Assembly: GCA_964615235.1 (NCBI GenBank)
Contig: CAZTMK010000007.1
Coordinates: 22,630 to 86,629, forward strand
Length of the DNA: 64,000 nt
Direction: 5' to 3'
Source: an uncultured Thermoplasmatales archaeon
GTDB lineage: Archaea > Thermoplasmatota > E2 > DHVEG-1
The notes below the pieces were generated by a model. It did not search any database, was not told the DNA's origin, and saw nothing but the letters and a program-made list of their open reading frames with translations. Position numbers and translations under genes: made by a program. This document shows, one piece after another, positions 32,775-42,962 of the stretch; position 1 is the stretch's first letter, and every line of letters starts with the position of its first letter.

Positions 32775-33581
32775 ATGGTTGATACGTGGATTATAGCCTT
32801 AGGTGGTATTAATCTTGCACTTTTTGTGTTAAGTATTTTATTTATTGTTCCAAGAGATTTTTATAAAATCAAGATATCTAATTTAATGCACTACGCCTTT
32901 CAACACATAAATTATATTGTAATAATTTTGGCGGTAGTGATATTTCATCTTATTGAAGTAAATATATTAGATCCAATAATTGACAACTGGATCAATTTTG
33001 ACTTTGCAACAGTTTTAGATAATTTTGAGGGAGGAATTGTATCTGGTTTTTCTAATCTTTGGAATCCTGCACTTGTAACTTTTTTTGTATTTATCTATAT
33101 TGGAGTATATCCTTTTACACTATGGTTTTCGCCTCTTTATTTTGTTGTTACAAATAATGTAAAATCAATGAAAACTCTTTCTTATGGTCTCTTTTCTATC
33201 TACTTAATTGCTCTTCCTTTCTATTTGTTTATACCCGTAACAAACGTCTACAAATATTATCAGTTAGATTCTTCATTAAATAATGTATTACCTTCTGTTG
33301 AAACCTTTTTTTATAGCTTGACAACTCAAAATAATTGTTTTCCTTCCCTTCATACTGCAATGACCATTCTTATTGCATGGTGTGCTTACCTTACTGGAAA
33401 TAAAAAATTTTCATATTTTACAATATTTTGTGCAATTGCTGTAATAATCTCAGTTTTATATCTCTGTATTCATTGGATTACTGATGTTATTGCAGGAGCT
33501 GCTATTACAATAGTAGTAATTGTTTTATTGAATAGAACAATCAGGAATAATGTAACAAATGATTTCGATACAGCAAATTGA
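32775..33581 (+). CDS. PAP2-superfamily membrane phosphatase.
   Basis: PSLHTA and IHWITDVIAG motifs (PSGH / SR...H...D signature) in a polytopic membrane protein. Confidence 0.6.
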   Translation: MVDTWIIALGGINLALFVLSILFIVPRDFYKIKISNLMHYAFQHINYIVIILAVVIFHLIEVNILDPIIDNWINFDFATVLDNFEGGIVSGFSNLWNPALVTFFVFIYIGVYPFTLWFSPLYFVVTNNVKSMKTLSYGLFSIYLIALPFYLFIPVTNVYKYYQLDSSLNNVLPSVETFFYSLTTQNNCFPSLHTAMTILIAWCAYLTGNKKFSYFTIFCAIAVIISVLYLCIHWITDVIAGAAITIVVIVLLNRTIRNNVTNDFDTAN

Positions 33582-34926
33582 ACAAAAAGTAACTGAAAAG
33601 ATAATTCCATCGGAGGAAGATAAAAAATTATTGCAGAATGTAGTTAACAAACTTTTGGAAATCGTAAATAAGGAACTGCATTCAAAAAATCTTCCTGCCT
33701 CTACAGAGATAGTAGGTTCTATTGCAAAAGATACATTTCTGAGAAATAATTTAGATATTGATCTTTTTTTGGTTTTTCCGACAAGCTTTTCAAAGGAAAA
33801 TATCGGAAAAATTGCTTTAAATATTGGTAGAAAACTTCTTGATGACACAGAGGGGTGCTATGCAGAACATCCATACATAAGGGGTTATTTTCAAAATTTT
33901 AAGGTTGAGATTGTTCCTTGCTATAGAATTGAGAATGCATCACAAAAACTATCGGCTGTTGATCGAACCCCCTTGCATACAAGCTATATAAAAAAACATC
34001 TTCAAGAATATCAAAAAGATCAGGTACGAATATTAAAACAATTCTTGAAAGGAATTGGCTGCTACGGTGCAGAGGCAGAAATCGAGGGTTTTTCGGGATA
34101 TCTTTGTGAAATTCTAATATTAAAATTTCAAACTTTTCAAAAACTAATAAAGACTGCCAAGGATTGGAAACCTGGATTGAAATTATCATTAAACAATATC
34201 CAATCCCCGGATTTTGACACACCGCTTACCTTCATAGATCCAGTGGACAAAGAGCGAAATGTCGCTTCAGCAGTATCAATCGATAAATTTAATCTATTTG
34301 TTAGGGCAAGTAATGAATTCTTAAATAAACCAAAAATTACTTACTTTTTTCCAAATGAACCCAAGTTGTGGTCATTAGAAAAAATACAATCATTTATTCT
34401 GAATCAAGATTTTCTTTATGTTGGAATAATTTTTTCAAAACCAGACATTATTGCCGAAAACCTTCATCCTCAAATCAGGAAGGGAATGCGTTCTATTGCT
34501 TTTTCTTGTGAAAGTTATGGTTTTAAAATTTTAGATAAACAATATAATGTTGATGAAAAAAACAAAAAAGTTTACATAATTTTAAAGACCCCAAAATCCC
34601 CCCTTTCAGAAAAATATCCCCACATGGGTCCACCCGTTGAATTTGAAAAAAACGCCTTGGATTTTAAAAAAAAATGGGCTGATAATGAGAACACAATTAA
34701 ACCCCCATATGAAAAAAATGGTCGACTGTATGTTGATGTAAAGCGAAGATATACAAATATAAAAGATTTTTTGGTTGAGAATATATTTGAACTAAGCATG
34801 GGAAAAGATATAGATAAAAAAATACAAAATCGTTATGAAGTAGTTGATTCAAAAAAACTTGTTGTAAAAGACTTACAAGAGTTTTGGACGCGATACTTAG
34901 ATGGAAGAATGCCTTGGGAATGGTAG
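33559..34926 (+). CDS. cca: CCA-adding tRNA nucleotidyltransferase, archaeal class I.
   Basis: GSIAKDTFLRNNLDIDLFLVFP nucleotidyltransferase motif. The archaeal CCA head/neck/body layout. 455 aa. Confidence 0.8.
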   Translation: MISIQQIEQKVTEKIIPSEEDKKLLQNVVNKLLEIVNKELHSKNLPASTEIVGSIAKDTFLRNNLDIDLFLVFPTSFSKENIGKIALNIGRKLLDDTEGCYAEHPYIRGYFQNFKVEIVPCYRIENASQKLSAVDRTPLHTSYIKKHLQEYQKDQVRILKQFLKGIGCYGAEAEIEGFSGYLCEILILKFQTFQKLIKTAKDWKPGLKLSLNNIQSPDFDTPLTFIDPVDKERNVASAVSIDKFNLFVRASNEFLNKPKITYFFPNEPKLWSLEKIQSFILNQDFLYVGIIFSKPDIIAENLHPQIRKGMRSIAFSCESYGFKILDKQYNVDEKNKKVYIILKTPKSPLSEKYPHMGPPVEFEKNALDFKKKWADNENTIKPPYEKNGRLYVDVKRRYTNIKDFLVENIFELSMGKDIDKKIQNRYEVVDSKKLVVKDLQEFWTRYLDGRMPWEW

Positions 34927-34970
34927 GGTCCATCTTTTTATATTATCAAATTATTTTATTAAATGTTTAT

Positions 34971-35744
34971 ATGAAAACGTTGGGGATATTTACCAAGGAT
35001 TTCTCGCTTTATCATGATTTAATTAAAACACTGAGAAGACGCAAGATTCCCTATGTATCCTTGGTTTCCAAAGATAATATCCCAAGAAGAATCGGTGTTA
35101 TTTTGACTTCACATAGTGAATTACATGATATAAAATCAACAAAAACCATAGCAGCAGATGTTTATGATTCAATTGAACACGCCATTGATTTGGCCGTTCA
35201 AATGTTGATTGGCAAGGAATTATACTCAAAAATTTTTGTGGGAATTGATCCAGGTGAAAATCCTGGGATTGCGGTTGTTGGCGATGGTGTAATATTACAA
35301 AAAATAACTGTTGAATCACCTGAGAAAGTCTCAGCAAAGGTAAAGCGATTTCTGAAAGAATATCCATCAAATGAATCAATTATTCGCATAGGACATGGCT
35401 CTGTTATTACAAGAAATAGAATAATTAATTCACTTATTCCACTTGAAGTACCAATAGAAATTGTTGACGAAACAAAGACAACATCTGCAAGGCAGGTTAG
35501 TAGATCTGAAAAAGATGGTATTGCCGCTGCGTCAATTGCTCTTCTCTCTGGTGGTAAAATCCAGCGTCGTCTCCCTCTTAACCCAACAAAAGGGGATATC
35601 AAAAAGGTACAGGAACAAAGCAGGACACTAACGGACGGTCGATTCACAATATCTGAAAAAACAGCATTAAAAGTATTAAAAGGAGAAATCAGTCTAGTAG
35701 ATGGTATAAACTCTGAAAAGAAAGAAAATAAACATGTTTTTTGA
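34971..35744 (+). CDS. RNase H-fold (RuvC/YqgF-like) domain protein, COG2433-like predicted nuclease.
   Basis: VGIDPGENPGIAVVGDGVIL resembles the RuvC/YqgF catalytic start. The ORF track start 34884 overlaps cca. The ATG at 34971 is preferred. Confidence 0.4.
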   Translation: MKTLGIFTKDFSLYHDLIKTLRRRKIPYVSLVSKDNIPRRIGVILTSHSELHDIKSTKTIAADVYDSIEHAIDLAVQMLIGKELYSKIFVGIDPGENPGIAVVGDGVILQKITVESPEKVSAKVKRFLKEYPSNESIIRIGHGSVITRNRIINSLIPLEVPIEIVDETKTTSARQVSRSEKDGIAAASIALLSGGKIQRRLPLNPTKGDIKKVQEQSRTLTDGRFTISEKTALKVLKGEISLVDGINSEKKENKHVF

Positions 35745-35921
35745 AATTTAAATAACTGTGTTTTTTCTATTTTCATATGGTAAAATTTACAATCTAAATT
35801 CCTTTTTGAGAATTTAAAGTAAACTGTTTTTCCAGATGCCCAATCCGATAAATCAACTTAAGATATCAAAAATGACCCAAACGTTTATGAGTCCTCTACA
35901 TATGTTTGGTAGGTAACAGTG

Positions 35922-37472
35922 ATGAGGGTCAAACGAGCTCTTATTAGCGTGTCAGATAAAGCAGGAGTTACAAATTTTGCACATAAATTATCCAAACTTG
36001 GAGTAGAGATAATTTCAACAGGCGGAACAGCTAGAGAGTTATCTAAAGAAAGTATCCCATTAATTGAAATTTCTGAATTAACCGGTTTTCCTGAAATGCT
36101 TGACGGTCGTGTGAAGACTCTTCACCCGGTTGTTCATGCTGGAATTCTAGCAAGAAGAGAAGAAAAAAAACATATGGAATCTCTTATCAAGCTGAATATA
36201 AAAACAATTGATTTAGTAGCCTGTACCCTTTATCCTTTTGAAGATACAATTAAAAAACCAAAAGTAAACATCGAAGATGTTATTGAAAATATTGACATTG
36301 GCGGTCCAACATTAATTAGAGCTGCCGCAAAAAACTACACTGATGTAATAGTAATAACAAAAAAAGAACAATATGATGAAGTAATTGATTCTTTAAACTC
36401 ACAAGGCGATGTTGATATTAAAACGCGTAAAAAATATGCAATTGAGGCCTTTTCGCACACTGCACAATACGATACTATCATCTCAACATACTTAAGAAAT
36501 CTTTGGACTGAAGATATTCTGCCCGATGAAAATACTATTACAATGCGAAAAATGCAAGATATGAGATATGGAGAAAACCCTCATCAGAAGGCTGCCTTCT
36601 ATAAAATTTTACCACCTGTTTCCGAACCTTGTCTTACAAATGTTGTTCAGCTCCAAGGAAAAGAGCTTTCTTATAATAATATTTTAGATAGCGATTGTGC
36701 AATTGAATGCATTAAGGAATTTAAAGATCCATCTTGTGTGATTATAAAACATGCCACGCCCTGTGGTATCGCTAGTGCAACAACATTACTTAAAGCTTGG
36801 AAAGAAGCATATGCAACTGATACTTACTCTCCATTTGGTGGTATTGTATCATTCAACAAAAGGGTTGATGCAGTTATAGCCGAAGAACTTTCAAAACTTT
36901 TTTTAGAAGTTATAATTGCCCCTGACTTTAGCAAAGATGCCACTTCAATTTTTAATAAAAAGAAAAATCTAAGAATACTAAAATTAAAAGATCTTGACAA
37001 AACTAACCAGAGATCAGGCCTAGTATATAGAACCGTTGTGGGTGGAGTTCTAGTACAGGAAAGAGACACTTACTTAACAAGTCAAAAAGAATGGAAAATT
37101 GTTACAAAAAAGAAACCTTCTAAAGAAGAACTTAAATCAATGGAATTTGCAGTTAAGTGTGTTAAGCATGTAAAATCCAACTCTGTTGTTTTTGTTAAAA
37201 ATACAAGAACAGTTGCAATCGGTGGTGGGCAAACTGCAAGAGTGGATGCAGTATGGATTGCCACAAATAAGGGCAAGGAAAATATTAAAGGTTCAATTAT
37301 GGCAAGTGATGCCTTTTTCCCTTTTAGAGATGCTGTAGATGTTGCAGCAAAATCTGGTGTTAAGGCAATAATTCAACCAGGTGGCTCTATACGTGACAAA
37401 GAAGTAATCGAAGCTTCTGATGAGCACGGTATATCAATGGTATTTTCGGGTCAAAGATATTTTAGACACTGA
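35922..37472 (+). CDS. purH: Bifunctional AICAR transformylase / IMP cyclohydrolase.
   Basis: The MGS-like N-terminus ALISVSDKAGV...STGGTA and the AICARFT domain. About 516 aa. Confidence 0.9.
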   Translation: MRVKRALISVSDKAGVTNFAHKLSKLGVEIISTGGTARELSKESIPLIEISELTGFPEMLDGRVKTLHPVVHAGILARREEKKHMESLIKLNIKTIDLVACTLYPFEDTIKKPKVNIEDVIENIDIGGPTLIRAAAKNYTDVIVITKKEQYDEVIDSLNSQGDVDIKTRKKYAIEAFSHTAQYDTIISTYLRNLWTEDILPDENTITMRKMQDMRYGENPHQKAAFYKILPPVSEPCLTNVVQLQGKELSYNNILDSDCAIECIKEFKDPSCVIIKHATPCGIASATTLLKAWKEAYATDTYSPFGGIVSFNKRVDAVIAEELSKLFLEVIIAPDFSKDATSIFNKKKNLRILKLKDLDKTNQRSGLVYRTVVGGVLVQERDTYLTSQKEWKIVTKKKPSKEELKSMEFAVKCVKHVKSNSVVFVKNTRTVAIGGGQTARVDAVWIATNKGKENIKGSIMASDAFFPFRDAVDVAAKSGVKAIIQPGGSIRDKEVIEASDEHGISMVFSGQRYFRH

Positions 37473-37534
37473 TGTAATTTTCAAATTTTTTTACTCCTAA
37501 ATATTCATTAAAGGTTAACTTATTTCCTAGTAAA

Positions 37535-39382
37535 ATGCAATTTAAAATTATCAATCGGGATGGTCCGGCCAGAACTGGAATATTATCATTTAAAGAAAAC
37601 GATATTAAAACTCCAAATATTTTTTTCCTTCATTCATCTAAATTAAAAACTCCAGACTCTGCAGATATTTTGATTACTCCTTACAAGGATAATATAATCA
37701 GGCCTTCTATAAAGATAGTAGATGCATTGTTTTCAGATTTTGAAAGACCTAAAGACGAGTTGATTTTTTATAATAAACTATTTTATCCAAAGGATTCATC
37801 AAAAGAGCTGCTTTTAATTAATGTTGAAGATCAAAAATCAATTAATTCTTCTATATGTGTAATACCTGGCAATCCTGAAATTGTAGATAAAACTGTTAAA
37901 AAAAATCCAGCATTGATTTACATTCTAGGAAATGCATTGCAATTGTATAATCAGCAGTCACAATTTGTAAATTTTTTAGTAAAACTTAGGGAATCAATTG
38001 GATTTGAAAAAATAATTATTTTGCCTGCAATTGGAAAACCTGAGAATTTTGCACTTTTTGCATATATGGGCGTTGACTTTTTCGATTCGATTTCTGCTTT
38101 AACCGCTGCTCGTAAAAAGATGCTATTGTTTTCAACTGGGGAGTATCCGATAGATACACTACCAGAAAACCCCTGTAATTGTGCTGTCTGCAAATATTAC
38201 AAAGACAATCCTTCAAATATGAGTTATGAACAGATACTAAAACATAATTACAATGCAATTAATTCTGAAATAAAAAATGTTAGAAATGCAATAACTTGTG
38301 GTAGATTAAGAGAGCTAGTTGAAATTCGAATAAGGTCAAACCCGCAATTAACTGCGATTTTGAAAATTTTTGAAAATAACTATTTTTCTTTTTTGGAAAA
38401 AAGAACACCAATTGTAAGAAAAAGTACGCTAGTAGCAACATCCAATGAATCTTTAAAAAGACCTGAAGTGGTTAGATTTCAAAATAGATTAATTTCAAGA
38501 TACACAAAACCGCTAAGTGCCAAGATTTTACTTTTGCTTCCATGCTCAGCAAAAAAACCATACTCTTTTTCAAGGTCTCATAAGCTGTTTCGAAAACAAA
38601 TTGAAGGATTAAGTAACCCGGATATTCTGCATGAAATTATTATTACATCCCCGATTGGAATTGTACCAAGAGAATTAGAGTTAACCTATCCGGCATCAAT
38701 GTATGATATATCAGTTACTGGAATTTGGTCTGAAGATGAAAAAAAGATGATAGCCCAACTTTTAAAAGATTATCTTAAGATAAACGATTATAAAAAAATT
38801 ATTCTACATCTTCCATCCTCAATTGCAGATTTTTTGTCTCCAATTATACCTGATGCAATTTTAACAACTGTTGATTCAAGTCCAACATCATCATATTCAT
38901 TGGAAAGATTGCATGAAGTATTAAAGGAAAATACTAATAGATTTGAAAAAGTTAAACCAGATTTGAGAAAAAGAGAAAACGTATTGTCTTTAGCATCATA
39001 TCAATTTGGCAGAGAAATAGCTAAGCAGTTACTTGAAAATACTAGAATAATTGGGCGATATCCTTATTTAAAAATCTTTCATAAAGGTACTCAATTAGGA
39101 ATGGTTACATTGGAAAGGGGACTAATTTCCCTAACAATTGAAGGTGCAGAAATTCTTGGACAGAATGAGAAATACTGGATTGATATTTATGATGATTTTA
39201 CATTAAAAGGATCCGTTTTTGCACCTGGCGTAAAGGATGCAGATGAAAAAATAAGAGTCGGTGATGAAGTAATTATTAGAAAAAATAAATCACTTTGTGG
39301 TGTTGGTGTTGCCCAAATGACGGGTTCTGAGATGATAGAACTAAAGTACGGCGAAGCAGTAAAAATGCGCCACAGACTGTAA
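37535..39382 (+). CDS. arcS: Archaeosine synthase (ArcS), built from a TGT-like N-domain, a catalytic DUF5591-like domain and a C-terminal PUA.
   Basis: The published ArcS signature PC-x3-KPY-x2-S-x2-H is present as LPCSAKKPYSFSRSH. There is a Zn motif CNCAVCKYY. The C-terminal PUA domain is (GVKDADEKIRVGDEVII...GVGVAQMTGSEM). Confidence 0.7.
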   Translation: MQFKIINRDGPARTGILSFKENDIKTPNIFFLHSSKLKTPDSADILITPYKDNIIRPSIKIVDALFSDFERPKDELIFYNKLFYPKDSSKELLLINVEDQKSINSSICVIPGNPEIVDKTVKKNPALIYILGNALQLYNQQSQFVNFLVKLRESIGFEKIIILPAIGKPENFALFAYMGVDFFDSISALTAARKKMLLFSTGEYPIDTLPENPCNCAVCKYYKDNPSNMSYEQILKHNYNAINSEIKNVRNAITCGRLRELVEIRIRSNPQLTAILKIFENNYFSFLEKRTPIVRKSTLVATSNESLKRPEVVRFQNRLISRYTKPLSAKILLLLPCSAKKPYSFSRSHKLFRKQIEGLSNPDILHEIIITSPIGIVPRELELTYPASMYDISVTGIWSEDEKKMIAQLLKDYLKINDYKKIILHLPSSIADFLSPIIPDAILTTVDSSPTSSYSLERLHEVLKENTNRFEKVKPDLRKRENVLSLASYQFGREIAKQLLENTRIIGRYPYLKIFHKGTQLGMVTLERGLISLTIEGAEILGQNEKYWIDIYDDFTLKGSVFAPGVKDADEKIRVGDEVIIRKNKSLCGVGVAQMTGSEMIELKYGEAVKMRHRL

Positions 39383-39384
39383 TT

Positions 39385-39786
39385 TTACTCATATTTGTTT
39401 TCTTCAAATTCCAATGCCAATGAGTTAATACAGTATCTTAGACCCGTTGGAGGGGGGCCATCATTGAATAAGTGACCCAGATGGCCACCACAAATTCGGC
39501 AGATAACTTCTGTACGCTGCATGCCTAAACTTTTGTCAGTTTGTGTTTCAATATTTTCCTCAAATGCCGAGAAAAAACTTGGCCATCCAGTGCCTGAATT
39601 AAACTTTGATTTAGAAGAAAATAATGCAGTTTTACAACCAGCACAAATGTAAATACCAGGTTTTTTGTAATTTACATACTTACCAGTAAAAGGAGGCTCG
39701 GTTCCTTTTTCCCTAAGGATATGAAAAACTTTGGGGAGAAGTCGGTTCCTCCATTCGTTTTCACTTAAGTTAATTTTTTTCGTCAT
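39385..39786 (-). CDS. msrB: Peptide-methionine (R)-S-oxide reductase.
   Basis: CAGCKTALF...GWPSF...RTEVICRICGGHLGHLFNDGP. Confidence 0.9.
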   Translation of the reverse strand: MTKKINLSENEWRNRLLPKVFHILREKGTEPPFTGKYVNYKKPGIYICAGCKTALFSSKSKFNSGTGWPSFFSAFEENIETQTDKSLGMQRTEVICRICGGHLGHLFNDGPPPTGLRYCINSLALEFEENKYE

Positions 39787-39794
39787 TATTAATT

Positions 39795-40589
39795 TTAAAC
39801 ATACATGGAGGAGGGTGTTTTGGGAAGTCCTGGTGCTGTGGGTTTAGACTGCTCTAAAAATTTTCTAATATTTGCCTCGATTTTCTTAGCCTCTTTATAA
39901 AGAGGTTCAGGATCTATTTTAATTCCAGGTAATATGATATCTAATTTCTTTACTAAATTTGCAGCCGAACGAGAATCGGGATATGCCTCATGAGCTTCTG
40001 ATAAGAGACAAATCACATTCCTTTTTTCTAAAACACCTTTATAAAGTAGTACCCCTGTAACTCCTGTAATCATTCCCTCTGTGGTCTGGTCAATATTGTA
40101 TTTATCAAGAAATTTTTTCATTTCTGATGTGCTTCCTATTCCATGGACTACGAATTCCTTCTTTTTCAAATCTCCAAGAGCATGGGTTCCTTCCAATGCA
40201 GTGATGATTTTGACCTTTTTTTTATCAGCCCATTCTAGTATTTTTTCTGCAAGTGGCTGAATTATTTCCCATGGCGGCATAAATTCGGATATTATTACAA
40301 CGATTTGTTCGCATGATCCATCAGGACCACAGTTTTTGTTTCCTGTATATATTCTAACTGGTGGCGATGCTTTTGATTTATGAATTATTGCGGTAGGCGA
40401 AAAATATCTAGAAACAATAGATCCAATTTCTTTTAAATTCAAAGAGTCGATAATGTAGTTACCTGCAATTGAGCTAATCATTCCAACCGTTGGAAAAGCA
40501 ACAAGAACCATTGATTCAGATAAATCCATTTTTTTATATTCAAGAATTTTAATTTCTTCCATATTTTCAAATATGATATCATTTATCAC
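39795..40589 (-). CDS. PAC2-family protein (archaeal proteasome-assembly-chaperone-like).
   Basis: LVAFPTVGMISSIAGNYIID at the N-terminus and the overall PAC2 (PF09754-like) pattern. Assigned from memory. Confidence 0.5.
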   Translation of the reverse strand: MINDIIFENMEEIKILEYKKMDLSESMVLVAFPTVGMISSIAGNYIIDSLNLKEIGSIVSRYFSPTAIIHKSKASPPVRIYTGNKNCGPDGSCEQIVVIISEFMPPWEIIQPLAEKILEWADKKKVKIITALEGTHALGDLKKKEFVVHGIGSTSEMKKFLDKYNIDQTTEGMITGVTGVLLYKGVLEKRNVICLLSEAHEAYPDSRSAANLVKKLDIILPGIKIDPEPLYKEAKKIEANIRKFLEQSKPTAPGLPKTPSSMYV

Positions 40590-40694
40590 TACTTAAAAAT
40601 TATTTTTAGGAATTAAGACATTCAAATATAAAAACATTAATATTGCGTTTTAAGTTAGGTTGATAATTAATATATATTAACGTGGGGAGTTTAA

Positions 40695-41087
40695 ATGGGC
40701 AATACCGACGTTGTAGAATTGGATAAAATGCGTTGGAAAGAGATTGTCAAAAATGGGGATAAACCTGCAATGGTAATGTTTTATAGTCCCACATGTGTGC
40801 ATTGTAAGGCAATGGAGCCACATTTTAACAAATATGCTGAAGAATTAAAAAACAAAATCGTTTTTGCAAGGTTAAATATAATCGACAACCAAGAAATTGT
40901 TGCAAGATACGGAATAATGGGAACCCCAACTTTTAAATTGTTTTGCGGGGGTCACCCAATTCAAGAACTTGTGGGAGAGATTTATCCTAGCTTATTAAAA
41001 AAGACTATTGATGACTTGTTTAATTATGGACATCATTGCGTAAAAACAACAACTTGGTTTAAACCTGGAATTACTGGTTATGCATAA
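40695..41087 (+). CDS. Thioredoxin-like protein with an atypical CVHC active site.
   Basis: MVMFYSPTCVHCKAMEP. Thioredoxin fold length of 130 aa. Confidence 0.65.
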   Translation: MGNTDVVELDKMRWKEIVKNGDKPAMVMFYSPTCVHCKAMEPHFNKYAEELKNKIVFARLNIIDNQEIVARYGIMGTPTFKLFCGGHPIQELVGEIYPSLLKKTIDDLFNYGHHCVKTTTWFKPGITGYA

Positions 41088-41670
41088 TTTAGATTTTGAG
41101 GTTCTTATGGAATTAATTGAAGTTATTAATAAAAGGAGGGCATATCGTTCACTTGATAAAACTCAGATATCTGAGGAACTTATCAATTATCTTGCAGAAA
41201 GTGCAAGGTTATCAGCATCTTGCTTTAACAATCAACCTTGGAGATATGTCTTTGTTTATGATTCAAAGGTTCTTAAGGAGATGCATAATGTATTATCATC
41301 AGGTAATGAGTGGGCAAAAAGGGCATCAATGATTGTTGCAGTATGTAGTAAGAAGGAAGATGATTGCTTGATAAAAGATCGGGAATATTATTTATTTGAT
41401 ACAGGAATGGCCTCTGCTTTTTTAATTCTAAGGGCAACTGAACTTGGGCTAGTTGCACACCCAATTGCAGGGTATAGTCCAAAAAAAACACGAGAAATTC
41501 TAAACATCCCAGAGGAAATGGATGTAATAACATTGGTAATTGTTGGCAAACACTCTGACAAGATTTATCCAGAGCTTTCGGCAAAACAAATCCAAACAGA
41601 AAAAAAAAGACCTGAGCGTAAAAAAATCAAAGAATTTGTATATATGAATAAATGGAAGGGAAATAACTGA
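41080..41670 (+). CDS. Nitroreductase-family flavoprotein.
   Basis: RRAYRSLDK...CFNNQPWRYVFV N-terminal nitroreductase signature. It overlaps the thioredoxin gene by 8 nt. Confidence 0.7.
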   Translation: MHNLDFEVLMELIEVINKRRAYRSLDKTQISEELINYLAESARLSASCFNNQPWRYVFVYDSKVLKEMHNVLSSGNEWAKRASMIVAVCSKKEDDCLIKDREYYLFDTGMASAFLILRATELGLVAHPIAGYSPKKTREILNIPEEMDVITLVIVGKHSDKIYPELSAKQIQTEKKRPERKKIKEFVYMNKWKGNN

Positions 41671-41951
41671 TGAGAATTGAGAAGGTGAAGGGTAAAAACA
41701 AGGGAAAAATTATGTTGTATGCGCTTAGTACATGCGTATGGTGTAAAAAAACAAGAAAATTTTTAGATGGACTTGGAGTTGAATATAATTACGTATATGT
41801 TGATCAATTAGAGGAAGATGATAGGAATAAAACAATTGAAGAAATAGAAAAGTGGAATCCAAGATGTTCTTTTCCGACCTTGGTTTTTAATGATGAAAAA
41901 TGTGTTGTTGGATATAAAGAAGACGAAATAAAAGAGGCATTAAAAATATGA
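41670..41951 (+). CDS. Glutaredoxin-like CxxC protein.
   Basis: [19 protein letters not shown]. 93 aa. Confidence 0.65.
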   Translation: MRIEKVKGKNKGKIMLYALSTCVWCKKTRKFLDGLGVEYNYVYVDQLEEDDRNKTIEEIEKWNPRCSFPTLVFNDEKCVVGYKEDEIKEALKI

Positions 41952-42457
41952 GTTTTGAACCTTCGTATGGAGAAATCGATAAGCTTTACAATAAACTTGA
42001 TAGAGAGGCTGAGGCATCTGGATATCACCTAAATCCCGATAAAGATTTTACAAAGGAACTTGTTAAAAGCCTTATAATTAATGAAAAACGTTACGGGTAC
42101 TGGGCCTGCCCCTGCAGATTAGCTTCAGGAGATAAACAAGAAGATCTTGATATAATATGTCCATGTGATTATAGAGATGCAGATGTTGATGAATACGGTG
42201 CTTGCTATTGTGCTCTGTATGTTTCCAGAGAGATAAAGGAAGGAAATAAAACTCCCGAATCTATTCCCGAACGACGACCACCAAGGGAAAAGAGATCCCA
42301 GATAAATAAAAACAAAACTTCGTCTTTTGTTTCTGGATCTTTAAAAAAGCCTGTTTGGAGATGCAGAGTTTGCGGTTATCTATGTGCTAGGGATGAACCT
42401 CCCGGAGTTTGCCCGATATGTAAGGCAAAAAAAGAGAGATTTGAAAGATTTCTATAG
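41948..42457 (+). CDS. Ferredoxin:thioredoxin/disulfide reductase catalytic subunit fused to a C-terminal rubredoxin-like domain (FDR type).
   Basis: The FTR catalytic motif CPC...CPC...CYC ([10 protein letters not shown]...IICPCDYRD...GACYCALYV) plus a rubredoxin-like CRVCGY...CPICKA tail. The same architecture is described for the Methanosarcina ferredoxin:disulfide reductase. Confidence 0.75.
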   Translation: MSFEPSYGEIDKLYNKLDREAEASGYHLNPDKDFTKELVKSLIINEKRYGYWACPCRLASGDKQEDLDIICPCDYRDADVDEYGACYCALYVSREIKEGNKTPESIPERRPPREKRSQINKNKTSSFVSGSLKKPVWRCRVCGYLCARDEPPGVCPICKAKKERFERFL

Positions 42458-42460
42458 AGT

Positions 42461-42646
42461 TTATCCTCCCCTAAAATCATCGCATGCGTCTTCGTTTTCC
42501 ATTGGGCGAGCATGTTCAGCATGTGCAGGTTGAAGACACGGTTCTAATGGAAATTCTTTCATCGGTTTTCCACAACAATCGGGAATTGAAGCTTTTTCTG
42601 TGGTGATTATTTTTCCGCATTCCTCGCATTTATAACTTTTTTTCAT
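42461..42646 (-). CDS. Small zinc-ribbon protein (rubredoxin/desulforedoxin-like Cys pairs).
   Basis: 61 aa. CEECGK...DCCGKP. It is convergent with the FDR gene. Confidence 0.4.
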   Translation of the reverse strand: MKKSYKCEECGKIITTEKASIPDCCGKPMKEFPLEPCLQPAHAEHARPMENEDACDDFRGG

Positions 42647-42962
42647 TAAGTCATGACAGGAATTTGTAATATTTTATTTTTTCCACAAAAAAAATGAATT
42701 TTCTATGTTTCAGGTATTGTATATTTGTATATTAGATAAGAATTTGGCAACTTTTACCCTTTTAAAGATAAACGAATAATTTCAAAATTATTCTAATGGC
42801 CATATTTATAAAAAGATTTAAATATTTATAAGACAAATATTATTGTAATCTGAGTATGTTAATACTTTGAAGGACAAAAATCAATAAAATAATTGATACA
42901 ATAAAATAAAAAATATAGATTAAAAATCTCTTATAAACTGGCTTAAACTTAGAGGGAAGAAA

